NCBI RefSeq assembly: GCF_964355755.1
Contig: NC_092671.1
Location: forward strand, 18,352,001-18,416,000
From: Antedon mediterranea
Lineage: Eukaryota; Animalia; Echinodermata
DNA length: 64,000 nt
Direction of reading: 5' to 3'
Below are positions 62,170 through 64,000 of the stretch, in pieces (positions within the stretch are counted from its first letter, which is position 1; each line of letters opens with the position of its first letter). Position numbers and translations under genes: made by a program. The notes below the pieces were generated by a model. It did not search any database. It had not been told where the DNA came from and worked only from the letters and a program-made list of their open reading frames with translations.

Positions 62170-64000
62170 ACCAAACAAAAGTAAGAATAACAATGAATAG
62201 TTATTATTATTATTAGAAATAATTGTATTAATCTGTTGATGAAATGAAATGAATAAATAGTGGTTAACGCCACAAAAGAGAAAAAAAAAACTTAATCATT
62301 ATTAGTTCAGGATTTGTGAGATTTTAAGAATTGTAATCAAGACGATTTTTTAGTAACCTACCGGACTCACGAGTTGTTCCGAGCATTGCCCATTCGAATG
62401 ATGTAGGCCTATTATAGCCTCTCGTTAAAAGTTGGTGTGCTATTAGGAAAGATGTATTGTCCCCCAGAAATTTTTTTTTTTCTTTTTAAAACAACAAAAT
62501 AACCTATTCAAAGTCTGATTTAATTAATCTTCATTTTTTTTGGTGGGGGGGGGGGGGGAAATACTTCTTTAAACAATTATTGAATGAATAAATTTCCTTC
62601 AACTCACGAAACATGTCTTGATTTAAGATAGCACAGTAGTGAAGTGACGTGGATTTAAATACGTCAACTTGTCGTAAACATTTTGAATTCAATTTAAAAA
62701 CGTGCAAGGTTTTTATAATTTGGCATTGATAAACAACATGAAGCAGTGTTCTTTCCCATTTGTCAGTTATATTTAGGCCTACGTCTGCGCCACTTAAATA
62801 TGTGAATAACTTTTAAATTGTTGGTTAAAAACAAAGGACTCGAACACGTCTTTCTTGTTGACCAGTACCTGCATCAATGAAGACTTTTAACAGCTTTATT
62901 TTCTTGACTTATTTCTCTCCCAAGTACTCGTCGTCTAGGGTATAGATTGCTTACTGACTATATATTATAGGTCATTCCTTGTCTTAGATGTACGTTTTAT
63001 GGCAATTTATGATAAAAAGAGAGAAACAATGCACTATACCTAAGTAGCTCGCGGTGGAATGTCCTCTCGTGTACGCTCTTTAGGCCTAGCCAAGGGGCTT
63101 AGTTGTGTAGGCCTAGCTGGTAAACTAGTAACGTACGAACATCGTACGCTAGCTATAGGCCCATTAATTGTCTTTTGACAGAATCCGTATAGTAATACAG
63201 AATGTGGGAAACCCGGTATTTTCGCTGAATAGTTACGATTCTTCCATTTATTGTGGCCTTCATGGTTGATCAAAAGTACTAAAACTAAAATATCAATCCG
63301 CGCGCAATGTCAAAGACGAAAACAGTTATTGTAATAGAACCATATAGTATTTATTTTTACATTAAATGTAGTTTGTGACCTTAAATGAGAGCTAAAAAAC
63401 GTAGGGAATGGGACATTAACAGAAAATGAAGTTAGAGATTCATTAATTCATTAACCATTATTTAGGCCTACTTCAGCTTATTGTCAGATTATGCATGAAG
63501 ATATAATTCTTCCATACTGAAATTATTATATAGTTATATATACTTTATGCTCAAATTCCACCCCAATTGGTAACCTCATTTGCTAATTATCCATCTAAAG
63601 CCCTAGAAATAATATAAGTAAACTTTTCGTATAATAACCTAGGTAAACGTTTTGGATTGGTTTTTTTTTAATGAAAAGAACGCGTTCTATGGTCGTCGCG
63701 ATACACTATATAATGATGTATATCACCGCCGTGTGGTGGTGTCCTTTCTCATAGTGTTACATCATACTTTTAGAAATGTTACATACGTTGTTAGAAGTAC
63801 CTTTTGTCAGATGTTTTTGATAACATTCGAGTATACATAAGTAAGGGTGAAAATTTAACGTTAAACAGTTAAACCGAGAAGAACAATTTGCAGGCCACAT
63901 CTCCTTCTTTGGTAGATGGTAAGATAGATAGTATTGTATTTAGATAGATAATATATTCCTCGGAATTCTTTTATTGATAATAATTATTATAGTCTAATTT

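Noticed and set aside
35400-64000. Additional host protein-coding genes in the right half
   Set aside because: All recognisable coding segments are transposon-derived; small exons cannot be excluded without RNA data.

Overview
AT-rich eukaryotic (metazoan, probably marine invertebrate) genomic DNA. The left half holds a large minus-strand MUC4-like gene that I could splice by hand into 22 phase-compatible exons from ATG 33531 down to 4303; it continues past the window start. It encodes a signal peptide, one 8,967-bp (PSTTE)n mucin exon, 2 LDLa, 2 Sushi, 2 Ca-EGF, NIDO, AMOP, VWD with GDPH, and further EGFs (at least about 4,200 aa), and it includes one GC-AG intron. Introns and the right half are packed with mobile DNA: two Penelope-like elements with hammerhead ribozymes, a retrozyme-like hammerhead tandem, Rex1/Babar-, RTE-X-, L2/Crack- and Tx1-like LINE pieces, Helitrons, several MITEs and solo LTRs. 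The most unusual signal is two sequence-unrelated ~365-bp tandem elements (2361-4186 and 55120-62125) plus a solo third type (~41085-41280). Each carries a tRNA-like core preceded by an antisense leader that pairs with the tRNA 3' half and trailer mainly through G-U-preserving substitutions. Both arrays sit in (TA)n next to Penelope 3' ends with Penelope-style head-to-head inversion, but I found no hammerhead in them. This suggests a ribozyme-free, tRNA-based class of Penelope-mobilised non-autonomous retroelement. All coordinates and pairings were read by eye.
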